A stretch of 63,453 nt of DNA, counting the filler, from Parasitella parasitica NRRL 2501 (Eukaryota; Fungi; Mucoromycota): assembly GCA_025201805.1 (NCBI GenBank). It is 9 parts of 9 records of this genome, joined end to end, with 100 filler letters (N's around TTAATTAATTAA, not from the genome) between each part and the next. Parts side by side here need not be neighbours in the genome. Positions count along the whole stretch, not along the records: positions 1 to 28,408 come from MU619445.1; 8 more parts are not named here. One strand, 5' to 3'. Positions 1 through 12,773 of the stretch are shown one piece after another. Position 1 is the first letter of the stretch. Every line of letters begins with the position of its first letter. A program made the position numbers and the translations under genes. The notes under the pieces are model-generated. The model searched no databases. It was not told the origin of the DNA and saw nothing but the letters and a program-made list of their open reading frames with translations.

Positions 1-33
<33 letters not shown>

Positions 34-660
34 AAGGTCTTAGTGCAATAGCCATTAATTTGTGTAAGAATTTATTTGATATTTGGTGATATCATAAAAT
101 TTATATTTTTTACCGAAAGTTTCTTATATAATGTTTCACTGTTAGTACGGGTATCTGTTGTAAATTATGAATATTCCTGAGATTTCTGCATTGCACAGGC
201 TCTAGATTATAGTAGACCCTTTGTTGTAGTTCATCACACCTTATGCTTAACCTAGGTTATATTAAGCTTCCTATTTTATTGTTGAAACTGTCAAATTCAC
301 TTGTAGTATTGGGTAAATGGAGTGTTCTTATGTTTATGAATATTGTATTATACGTTATTTTAGAATATCCCATAGTGCTTAGTGAGACTATATGATGATA
401 GCGACTCTTTTTGTAACCAAAAAAAAAAAAAGTATAATTTATTTATAAAGTACAATATGTGTTGAAACTATGATACATGGTGGATTATTTAAGCAGAATG
501 AAACATCTAGGAGAGTTTGGGTTATGATGTGTTTTCGCAAAAAAGGAACAAAATCTCTATGAGGCTGGAATCCATAGTTGATGTTTGTAATATGACGGAA
601 GTGTTGAACCCATTCATTTAGCACTACATCAGTCGATTTCGATTTGGGAGACTTCCATAT

Positions 661-1968
661 TTAGAAAGTGGGGATGTTGGTTCTCTCAGCCATGGGAGGA
701 TAGGTAGGTCCAACACGCTTAATAACGATGTTGGCCAGATAATGACCAGCTTGAACACAACGAGCGGGATCATTAATACCTTGAGCGTACAAGCCCATGA
801 AACCGCCGCAGAAACCATCACCAGCACCGTTAGTATCAACAATGTCACTCTCAGCAACCTTGATTACAGGATAAGTGTTAGAAGCATCACCGCCAGCAAC
901 GACGGTGGCTTCGGAACCTTGAGTAATGACAACAAGACGAGGATTTGCGTTACCCTTTTCGAGTTGAGACAGCTTCTTGGCGATTTCCTCGACATCTTTG
1001 GTATCCCAACCAGCTTGTTCTGAGTAAGTGCGAGCTTCATCTTCGTTACCGAAGAGGATATCAGTGTTTTTGATGATGGAATCAAGACGTTCCTTGTAAA
1101 ATTGAGACAAGAAAGGAGCACTCAAGTTTAAAGCAAAGGTCTTATTGTTATCGGAAGCATGTTGAGAAACCAAACGAGCAGATTCAAAGCCACCATCATG
1201 AGTAATGAAGAAGCTGCCCATGTAATAGTACTTGGCATCTTCAACAAGTTTCCAGTTCTCGGGCTTTTGAAGGAAAGAAGCTTGGAACTTTTCAGCAGCA
1301 GCCAAATTAGCAACAAGAGAACTATCATAAGGTTGTTAGTATCTTGTGCAGTCGAGAATAAATGACTATCTTTGGCAGAATAACAAGAAAATGTAGGCTA
1401 CATAACATCATATTCAGAGAGGGCAAGTAGAAACATGATCATACAATTGAGAAAACCCGAGTTGCGTATTGGGTAGACTCTCATCGAGAACTTAATCATC
1501 ATTACGTGTTGGAGGCAGCCCCCCTCTTTCTTACTTACTCCACCAAGACGCGTCAAATGTCAAAATATGGATGAAAAAAATGATTACTTACCGATTATTA
1601 TCAGTAATCAAAACAGCACAGGTACCAGTATCAGCTTTTTTCGTAATCTCATAGTTGGTATGCAAACCATCTGCCTCGGCGGCGGCTTTCATAGTTTTTC
1701 CAAATTCATCATCAGAGATACATCCCATGTAGGCAGTAGAATTTGGAGGCAAGAAGTATTGAGCGCCACGAGCAGTGTTTTGGGCAGCGCCACCAGCAAC
1801 ATACGCAACTTCGTACTTGTCAACGATTTCCTTATACAAAGGTTCATGAGAGGCGTTGGCCAAGATGGCATCATTTGCCTTGAGGTCATATCTGTCCATG
1901 AGCTCTTGACTGGGCTTACATTGAATATCCAACAAAGGATTTTCCATAGCGAGAAGTGTATAAGGCAT
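661..1968 (-). CDS. ADO1: Adenosine kinase (PfkB family); exons 1968-1592 and 1321-661
   Basis: ENPLLDI, AGGAAQNTARGAQ, TGTCAVLIT and DTNGAGDGFCGGF PfkB motifs. A GTAAGT...ACTAAC...TAG intron at 1591-1322 joins DNNR/SLVANL in frame. Confidence 0.96.
1409..1506 (-). ncRNA. Putative intronic box C/D snoRNA with an 18S rRNA guide
   Basis: Box C ATGATGA (1502-1496), box D CTGA (1417-1414), 4-bp terminal stem CGUA/UAUG. Guide ACTTGCCCTCT directly before box D is complementary to the conserved 18S sequence GGAGGGCAAGU. Lies in an unusually long 270-bp intron. Confidence 0.75.
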
Positions 1969-2590
1969 TTTGAGTGTTTATATTTGTTTTGAAACAGGTA
2001 AAAAGAAAAGCGGAAAAAAGGGCGACGACAAGGATTGATGCTACATCTTTATAAGTTGATTGAATCAAAAGGTGGGGTTCAGATTGAAAAAATTTTGCGT
2101 AAAATACTTGCATGTGAGTGATTGGCTGTGGAATCTTCGCGCAGACCTTTTTTACTCGCTCATCTCCTTTGATCTATGATTTACTTTAGTGCATCGTACT
2201 ACAGCAAGAACATTTTATCACATGGTCTTGTAGTAATTCTCGGTGAGAGACTATCTGGAATACGACAAAACACTGTTTTCAGCCCTTGAGGATATCTGAC
2301 TGTGTAAAGTACAGCTATAGAAGGCTCTTGACACTTATATTTTGGAGGTTGTCTTAGTCTACTAGTCTAATAAAACCTTATCAAAGACTATGACCCAATT
2401 AACTTCAAACGCAAATATGTAAAAAAGTTTTAGTTTCGTTGCAATGGAAATTCAAATTATAAATAGTAGAATATGATAAATGAGCAATGATAATAAGCTA
2501 AGTAATATAATAAAATAGCATATTAAAATAATAAATATGTGTAATATATATATATATATATATATGTGCGTATGTATATATAAGAAAGAG

Positions 2591-4453
2591 TTAACGAGAA
2601 GCAAACGATTTCGATACAAGAACAGTTCCAGACTCTTCTTGAAGCTTTCTTAAGTTGCATTGATCATCATCACCAAAAGTGCCACCACTCGCCGTCTTCT
2701 TACCATTACCCCCATTAGTTTTTGATTTAGACCAGTATTCAATGGCATCCAACATGTTCATGATTTTGGCTTCATTGCTGTTCAAGACATCTAAAATATA
2801 TAGTTTTGGGTCAATTAAAATCTTTGAAGGTTAAAAAAACAAAATGCTACCTCTGATAGTACAAGAACCATCGATTTCCACACCTTCAAGGTTCATGAAT
2901 TTGAATGCGGTGATCACACGGTCCATTCGCTGAGCATTTAGTGTCTGCCCATGCATCACAATAGGTCGCAAAACTTGCTTTTTCGTCAAATTTTCAAGAA
3001 ACTCCAACAAGATTTCACCAGAATTCAATTCTGACAGGCTTTTGATACTACCACGAATGTTAGCATTGATCCAGCCAATGCAAGCATCCTTTCTTGTAAG
3101 CGTTTTATCTTGTTCAGGTTGCACCGTGGTTACAACAGAGAAACGGGGCTTCCCTTTGACGCGATTAGACTCGATGACACTTGCGTGTTCAGGGTCGATT
3201 AAATCCTCATCTTCTTCAACAAAGTAGAATGCACTGCCATTTTTGGCTGTGATGTCACTGTTAGGCTGTTGCTGAAGGGATACTACTGACATGCTATGAC
3301 GACTGGAAGAGCTATGGCTACTTTCTGTGGCAGACCGTGTCAATGCTACTCCTCCTCCATGCGTGCTGTTAAAGCCTGAATCTTTTAATCGGCTGCGCTG
3401 ATCAACTGAGTACTCGGATGCATTATCAGGCAAAATGTGCTTTTGATCTATCGGCCGAGAACTCATGACTGAAGAGGCTCGAGATCCATTTACGGCCATA
3501 TTCTGTTGAAGAGAAAATTGCATCAAAGGCTGAGCTCGTTCGTCTAATACCATTGACGAGAAATGCTGATTCATGCTGTTGCGCACAGGATCGTTTTCAG
3601 CAGCGAATATAGTGGATGGCGGACGAGGGCGCATTTTACGAGCCACTTCTAAAGAGACGGTAGGAATTGTGCTAGATGACATGACTGGAGCTATTAAATA
3701 GAAAGACATGAATACATGAAAGCATTTTACAATTGTAGTCGAAACTTTACTGGCAAAATCTCGGACTATAGTTGCTTTCATCAGTGCTTTCAGCCAATCC
3801 TTCATGGGCTTTTCGAATTCAGTGTAGAAATAAAACGTTCTTTCTCGTTCATGATGGGCCATGAAGCAATATTTGCCTGGGTGGATGGATTCGTCTACTT
3901 CAATTCTGTATCCTTTCAAATTGATAATGCCTTTCATTCGCATAGCCTGTTTCTTTCTGGCAATTAACACATGCAGTCTAGCTTATAGAGCTACCCAGAA
4001 CATACCTTTGGATTCTTGAAATAGAATAAATTGTTCTCCTTAAGCACAAACCATCTCTTGTTCCAAGTCTTGTATTTATCGCCTTGCTTATATAGCCAGC
4101 CTTCCATATCAGGCGGGGCGGATGCATCGGACAATGAGAAAGTATCCTCTGATCTGAGAACACTGGGCGCATTTGCAGGCAATATATTCTGCAATTTATT
4201 GCCTGATGGTAATAATGATGATCTTATGAAACTGTACCGGCTCGACGTGGATGATCGTCCTTCTGGTAGTGGAACCTAATTAAAATGAATACCACGTGTG
4301 AGTCGTTTTAGTCACTCGTGCTTATAGTAACCATAATTTCATATATACAATACCTCCTGTGTCTTGATGTTGCCCGCTGTGCTACGTTTCCAGACTGTCG
4401 ACCCATTATTAATGTTGTTTGTATTGGTTGGTACAGCTTGGCGTTGCTTCAAG

Positions 4454-4486
<33 letters not shown>

Positions 4487-5632
4487 CTGTCATTACGATG
4501 GCTATTCTGAAGATGATTTACAGCTTGTTGTTTTGCTAGATTTGATAATTGAGGAGAAGATGCAAACGAATCCAAGTCTAGAGGAGCTGGAGGTCGAGGA
4601 GGAGGTGTAGCTTTTTGCTGCGCCAGCTGAGAATTCCTAATGACAGTGCTGTAATCCGATACTAAATCATCGTCAAGATATGGCTGGTGCTGCTTGTTAT
4701 TGTTATAGTATGATGAGAGCGCATTGTTGTTGCGACTACCGAGGTCTGGAAATGGTGAGGCAACCCGAGCCGGGATATTTTTATCTGGCACTGCAAGTGG
4801 AGATGTCGATGTGTGCCGCTACAGTGCATTGTTCAGTCAGTGAGAATAGCAGACAAAAGCCAGTAAGGCGCACTTACTCTTCTCTTTTTCATTTCTTGCC
4901 GAAGAGCATTGATGGCATTGTGGATTTTGAATCTTTTGCCAAAAGTAGGAACATCAATCTCTTTTAGCGAGTCCAGGGTCAATGCCAATAAAACGTCGCC
5001 ACTGATTTCCTGATCTGAGACAGTACCATTAGAAAAGCGCCCTATAAATTGCATATTGTAATGTGTACCTTTAAAGTTGTCTGCGAGCTGTTTGTCGAAT
5101 CCTATGCTTATTAACCATATCGATACTTGATTGGAAGTCCATTCCTCAGCCTTGGAGTTTAATAACGGATTTTCCAAGGACTCAATGACGGTTGAATGTA
5201 TGTTTTTCGAAGAGATGGAAGACATGCAGGACACAGAGCTTGTCATCTTCTTTTGCTGTGTGCTATTGATAGCCGTTGCTGGTGTTTTTACTTTCGGTGG
5301 AGAGTTTTTCGGTGAGTTTAATGCTGTCCAAGGTGGTTGTTTGGCAGTATATGCAATAGGAAATAGACCAGTTTGGCCACTTATATTTCGGCCCTAATGG
5401 CAAAGAGAGTTTTGTTTAGTAAGGTAAGAAAAAAAAAGCAAGGCCCCCTTGCTTGTTCTCTTTCTCTCTCTCTCTCTCTATGTCAACAATGTCTGTTTAC
5501 CTGCCACCAGCCGTCATTATAGCCCTCATCCTTCTCGAGAACAATGACCTGCTCCCCGACGTTTATCGAAATCTCATCCGTATTTTCAGCTTCGAACTTG
5601 TGGATTGTGTAGACTACTTGTTGCTCAGGCAT
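2591..5632 (-). CDS. Boi1/Boi2/Pob1-like polarity scaffold (SH3-SAM-PH) with a C-terminal CH-like domain; multi-exon
   Basis: The first exon, missed by the ORF track, reads MPEQQVVYTIHKFEAENTDEI...DGWWQ/GRNISGQTGLFP (SH3). SAM: WTSNQVSIWL...EISGDVLL...FGKRFKI. PH: EGWLYKQGDKYKTWNKRWFVL. CH-like: CIGWINANI...LNSGEILLEFLENL. Confidence 0.85.
4456..4485 (-). repeat. (CAG)10 coding polyQ microsatellite
   Basis: CTG x10 on the + strand; encodes the Q-run of the Boi-like protein. Confidence 0.9.
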
Positions 5633-6837
5633 ATTTCATAAAAATGCACTGCAGACAAGAAAATTTTTCGTGAAAGAGAGAGGAAACAGGAGTAAAGGGC
5701 GCTCAAGTGAATGGTTCATCATTGATCATGTTTCAATTAAATGCGGGTACCCAATTAGAGCGTCTAGTCTTACATGAGATTTCTAAAAACCCGACCCATT
5801 GCACGGTTCCTGTGCTACTTGCTGATCTGCAAACAGAAGGCTACTTGATCTCTCCAAATTGGATTTATATTAAATGATGCTTTTTAGCTTGATGGTCATT
5901 TTATTATCATATTTCGAATCACTCTGAGCCAAGTTTTTCTGATGCTGTGGCTTTTTCTTCTTGTTCTCCTTAGTATTCGGTCATGCAACCTCCGGGTCAA
6001 ACGCCATTATTACTCGATCAGGAGTTGTGAATAGTTATGCTTTAACGACGATGGCGTGTGTCGCACAAGAATACGGAAAGCTGTTATCGTTGGCTGCAGC
6101 ACATCGATCTTTTTGTACGAGTAGCGAGTTTTTTTTTTTTTCTTTTATCTTTGTGGCTAGATTGACAGTGGGCTAGATTTAGCAACTTGTTGCTTTCGTT
6201 CAGCAATGTAGGTAACATGTGAGCACAGATCTTTGTTTGTCAACGTAGTACCGGTTGTAGTTTGGGAGACAGGATCCGTGTGCAGGCTTGTGCTTTGTAG
6301 TGTAGGCGCTTTTCTCGAGAATTCGACTGGAGCTTCACAGTGCATGTAATCCCATCAGTTTTACCCTTCGTAGGAGGACTAACAAAGACATCGAAAGCAG
6401 CTCATTTTCGATGTTCGCATACCAATTTTTTTTATAAAGCTCGTCTACTGGATTAATGTTCATTAGCTCCAAGTGAAAGTGAAAGTGACCTGGGCTCATT
6501 GATTTCCTTCCTGATAATTATCCTCCATGCCCAACCTACACCTGGGCCATCTTTGATACATCTGCTGACATTTGCATGGCTTTGTGAGCTTCGGTAATAC
6601 CTTCCGCTAAAAAGTGGGCATTTAACATCTTTGTTCATAAGAAACACAAGCACTTGTGTACAGTGGCGTCCACTCTTTAAAAGAACCCCCACAAGTTATA
6701 GCTATCGCTAGAAAGATTACCCATGAATTTACAGCCTCGATGCTGATTAAAGCGAAAATTGATCAGTTTTTTCTTTTTTTATTTTCGACCAACCCCTACA
6801 TTTCAAACAAACAGCCCCAGGTTACAACAATATAATA

Positions 6838-7169
6838 ATGCCTGATCCATCAACAGAAAAAGTAAGTCGTCATTAATACATAGACAGACCTCCATACTGA
6901 ACATGCTTTTTAAAGGCTCCACACTGTCAGAAATTTGGTGAGATGAAAAGGCTGCTTTTTACGTGGTTTTTTTTTTAACACATTTTGCATGAAAAAAAGC
7001 TTGTGCCATTCAGAATTGCTTAGAAAAGAATGATTACCAAGAGTCCAAGTGTTCTAAAGAACTGGAAGCTCTGCATAGATGTTGCAGAGAATTGATAGCT
7101 TCAGGTGGAAAGAGCGTATGCTGCCCCGAGAAAAAATACAAGCAATCACAAATGAAGACGGATTCATAG
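6838..7169 (+). CDS. CMC4: Cx9C motif protein 4 (MTCP1 p8 family); 3 exons, absent from the ORF track
   Basis: Spliced reading PHCQKFACAIQNCLEKNDYQESKCSKELEALHRCC...KSVCCP; two short GT-AG introns. Confidence 0.85.
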
Positions 7170-7306
7170 TAGATTACTTCTCAAACAGTCGACAATAAAA
7201 GATAACAAATGGGACTGTCTGAGTCGAGACATTAGCTAACCACCTCTTCCATTTACGTCTTTTTCGGCCTTTTTTCCTTGTTAATCTCGTTTTTCTTTCT
7301 TTCAAT

Positions 7307-9017
7307 ATGGACACCAGCAGCATATATCAGCAACACTGTCATCATAAAGGCCCTTTCCCGACGGAGCTTTTGCTATCCATCTTTATACACCTCGATGGGA
7401 TAACACTAACATCTTGCAGTCAAGTCTGTCGTCAATGGGCTCAATTTATCGCCCATTACGACGAGCTCATCTGGCCCAATGCCTGTCTTCGAGACTTTGA
7501 AAAGACCGGCACCCGACGCTTTTGGTCGCTGCAGTTTCCAACCCCCAGGCTCTTCAAGAATCGTCGAACCTGGCAAGACATGTATAGAATTACAAGAAAT
7601 TGGTACACTGGTCAATGCGTAAAGGGATTCCATCCCAAATCCGTCGATGCTGCAACAATCAACACCTCGCCATGCACAGTGATTGGTGCTCCTCAAGAAC
7701 AAGGCATGTTTACCAACTTGACTTTGGCTAACGATGGTCGAGTTGTGAGAACAAATCCCAATTACCGCAATCCAGCAGGCTCTCAAAGTTTGGTAATTCA
7801 ATCACCACAAACAAAACAGCGGTTCTTTTTGGATACTGGTGCTGCAGCGAGCGATATACCCGGTTGGCCCGATGCTGCGAGTTCTCATTCAATTGTCTGT
7901 CACTATACTCAGCCGAATTCGAAATGGTTGGTCACAGGTGGCCTAAATGGCACAGTTGCCCTGTGGGATTTGGAAACAAAGGCGCTGATCAGGATGTGGC
8001 ATGGTCATCGTGGGCGAGTTTTATGTATTAGTATGAATGACGACGGTAAATTATACTACACACGTATATACATGAAATGTAAGCTCACTGTATATTTTGT
8101 ACTTAGTTGTAGTAAGTGGGGGCTCAGACAGCATGATTCGTGTTTGGGACCTTGATAAAAGCAAAAGTTCAACCAGCAATTCCGAATGGACAAATCACCA
8201 TCGACCGACACGACGAGGTATGATTGATATCTCTTCTTATTTATCTGGAAGAAGTGATTGGTATCAAGGCGTTGGAGAAATTGCTGTGAATGGACATCTA
8301 GTAGCTTGTGCTCCTGACGCATCTGGTCCTATTCTTGTGTTTTCCATTTTAACCGGTTCACTTGTGTATGAGTTGCGTGTACCTGAAGACGCAGGCCAGA
8401 CCTCAGAATGGGTTTCTGAGGATATTACTGCGTTTACCCGTCTCTGCCTTACACCTTTCTTCTTGCTTACAAAGGGAAAAGTCAGCAACGACAATAAAAC
8501 CAACAGACTTGTACCCTGCTATAATAATGTTGTGCAACAACGCAAGCAAAAGAATAAATCTGTGGGTTATGTCAAGAAATTAAGCGATAGTATCGACGAA
8601 GCCGATGGCGCAATACCGCCTGTTGCTCAAATGACACCTTACCAGCTTTACAAATATTACCAATCGATCAACAAGACGGGCAGTGATGCAGAGGAGGAAC
8701 AGCCAATGCCGTCGACAAGTGCATGTATTAACGTTTGGGATTTGCAGACAGGAAAAATTGTATATAGATTGCTGCCGACATTGGAAAAACCATATCAAAA
8801 TTACTCAATTACAGATGTAAGGCTAACGCCTGACTACTCAAAGGTGTTTGCATCCATTGAAGTACGGGGACAAAAGCATTACAAAGAAAGACTTTATTGC
8901 TGGGATTTCTCATTGAAATGCATGGAGCAGTCTCAAGAAAACTTTGATATTATAGAATTAGACAATATAGACCCTGTGTTGAGAAAAACTGGTAAATCCT
9001 GGGTCTGCTACATGTAG
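7307..9017 (+). CDS. F-box/WD40 repeat protein; intron 8046-8106
   Basis: F-box FPTELLLSIFIHLD...CSQVCRQW; WD40 repeats LVTGGLNGTVALWD, GHRGRVLCI, VVSGGSDSMIRVWD. Confidence 0.88.
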
Positions 9018-9201
9018 ATTTGATTAAATCCGTAAGAATAAAGCGGCTAATTTTGTATATTTATTACATCTTTCCTCCTGTTTATTGAAGTATAGACCGG
9101 TTCTTTTAGTTCACAATTTACTTGGCAAATAGAAATGCATATCTATAACGCATTTGATTTGTTCAACAATTGATTTAATCAATTTGTAATTTCTTCAGTG
9201 C

Positions 9202-9991
9202 NNNNNNNNNNNNNNNNNNNNNNNNNNNNNNNNNNNNNNNNNNNNNNNNNNNNNNNNNNNNNNNNNNNNNNNNNNNNNNNNNNNNNNNNNNNNNNNNNNN
9301 NNNNNNNNNNNNNNNNNNNNNNNNNNNNNNNNNNNNNNNNNNNNNNNNNNNNNNNNNNNNNNNNNNNNNNNNNNNNNNNNNNNNNNNNNNNNNNNNNNNN
9401 NNNNNNNNNNNNNNNNNNNNNNNNNNNNNNNNNNNNNNNNNNNNNNNNNNNNNNNNNNNNNNNNNNNNNNNNNNNNNNNNNNNNNNNNNNNNNNNNNNNN
9501 NNNNNNNNNNNNNNNNNNNNNNNNNNNNNNNNNNNNNNNNNNNNNNNNNNNNNNNNNNNNNNNNNNNNNNNNNNNNNNNNNNNNNNNNNNNNNNNNNNNN
9601 NNNNNNNNNNNNNNNNNNNNNNNNNNNNNNNNNNNNNNNNNNNNNNNNNNNNNNNNNNNNNNNNNNNNNNNNNNNNNNNNNNNNNNNNNNNNNNNNNNNN
9701 NNNNNNNNNNNNNNNNNNNNNNNNNNNNNNNNNNNNNNNNNNNNNNNNNNNNNNNNNNNNNNNNNNNNNNNNNNNNNNNNNNNNNNNNNNNNNNNNNNNN
9801 NNNNNNNNNNNNNNNNNNNNNNNNNNNNNNNNNNNNNNNNNNNNNNNNNNNNNNNNNNNNNNNNNNNNNNNNNNNNNNNNNNNNNNNNNNNNNNNNNNNN
9901 NNNNNNNNNNNNNNNNNNNNNNNNNNNNNNNNNNNNNNNNNNNNNNNNNNNNNNNNNNNNNNNNNNNNNNNNNNNNNNNNNNNNNNNNNNN
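9202..9991. other. Scaffold gap (N run)
   Basis: About 790 N with no linker motif. Confidence 0.99.
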
Positions 9992-9995
9992 ATGT

Positions 9996-11473
<1,478 letters not shown>

Positions 11474-12415
11474 ATTAATTTGAATTATTTGAGAGAAGGA
11501 AAAGAGAAATTGTATTATTTTGAATCTCGCTCCTCTCCTGCTTGTTTTGCTTTGTCAACATTCGGCTTATGCACGTGATACGGTATAACATGCTTTCTTG
11601 TGTTCCTGATGCTGATGGTGGCGTTCGCAACTTGTTTTAATAGCATCTGTGAAATGTAACCAAATTGGTTCTCTAAACCGAGCATGATATTTAGAGTGCA
11701 ACTTCTCTCGCTACTCAAATGAGCTCAAAAACAAATAATGAGTAATACAAAAGCATTTTAAACTAGAACAGAGAAAGTGAAAGAAAAGTCCATTATTTTG
11801 TTTGAACTTAATACGCAATAGTTTTTATTTATATTAATGATATTATATGATGAAGTTAATGAATTATTTGAATTACGTACCAAACAAATGAATAAAAGAA
11901 ATTTATTCCGTAATGAAGCTCTCCCAATCATTGGCGGTCAAAAAGCCTTCATCCAAATTTTTAATTTGTTGATCAATGCACTCCGTTATGCGACGTTCTT
12001 GCTCTTCAAGCTCTAATTTATCACTGGTATTTGATTCATGCGAGCATTCTGAACCAGGTGAATCTTCTCGAAAGAAGAGGATAATATTGGTAACGCCAAT
12101 TGGAGCTGCCAGATACTCCACAGCATCTTTCAAACATGCTTCAAATATAATCTCGAACTTCTTCAGATTAATGGCAATGTTCCTCTATTCATAGACCAAC
12201 AAAAGTTAGATCATTTTACCACAAACATAGTACACCTTCTGCCAAAATGATGTCTCAGGAAAAAAAAATTAAAGTGTCGCACTGTGTGCGGCTTTGATTC
12301 ATCCAATGAGTGGTGAAAAGATGAACCGGGTTCAACAACAAAATGAACCGCGTTCAACGAAAAAATGAACCGCGTTCAGTAAATCAATTAATCTGCTTTT
12401 TCATTCCAATATCTA

Positions 12416-12671
12416 ATGAGCATAACTCGTGATCAAGCTATTTGTAGCTTTTTTTTGTGAAGACTATAGCAAGGCAAATGCAGCAAGATTGTCTAAAAGG
12501 ATCGAAGAATTAGGCACTTTCGATGTGTGTTATGAAAATGATTGTAAGCGACCTGTTCTACTCAATGTCGCCGACATACGTTCTCAACCTTCAATTTTTA
12601 AAATTTACAAAACTTCGAATGAAGAAACATGCAATGGCAAAACGATGCCATCTAGTAGCTCGGCTAAATAA
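12416..12671 (+). CDS. Short ORF starting in the left TIR; paralogue of the N-terminus of the element's main gene (T8 frameshift near the start)
   Basis: MSITRDQAICSFF/CEDYSKANAARLSKRIEELG...PVLLNVADIRSQPSIFKIY; continues past the TIR boundary. Confidence 0.5.
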
Positions 12672-12773
12672 AACAACTTAAATTTTTGTCCGTATGCGAA
12701 CGATGTGAAAATTTCATTAAACATATACAATTATAAAAGATCAATAAAAATACAAGTTTAAATAGGATAATGT

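Noticed and set aside
2544-2565. (TA)n microsatellite and the poly(A) at 1-31
   Set aside because: Ordinary simple repeats in UTR or contig-end context.
12321-12379. CRISPR-like repeat array (also considered for 27394-27484 and 53505-53575)
   Set aside because: No unique spacers, eukaryotic context and no cas genes; better explained as transposon motifs.
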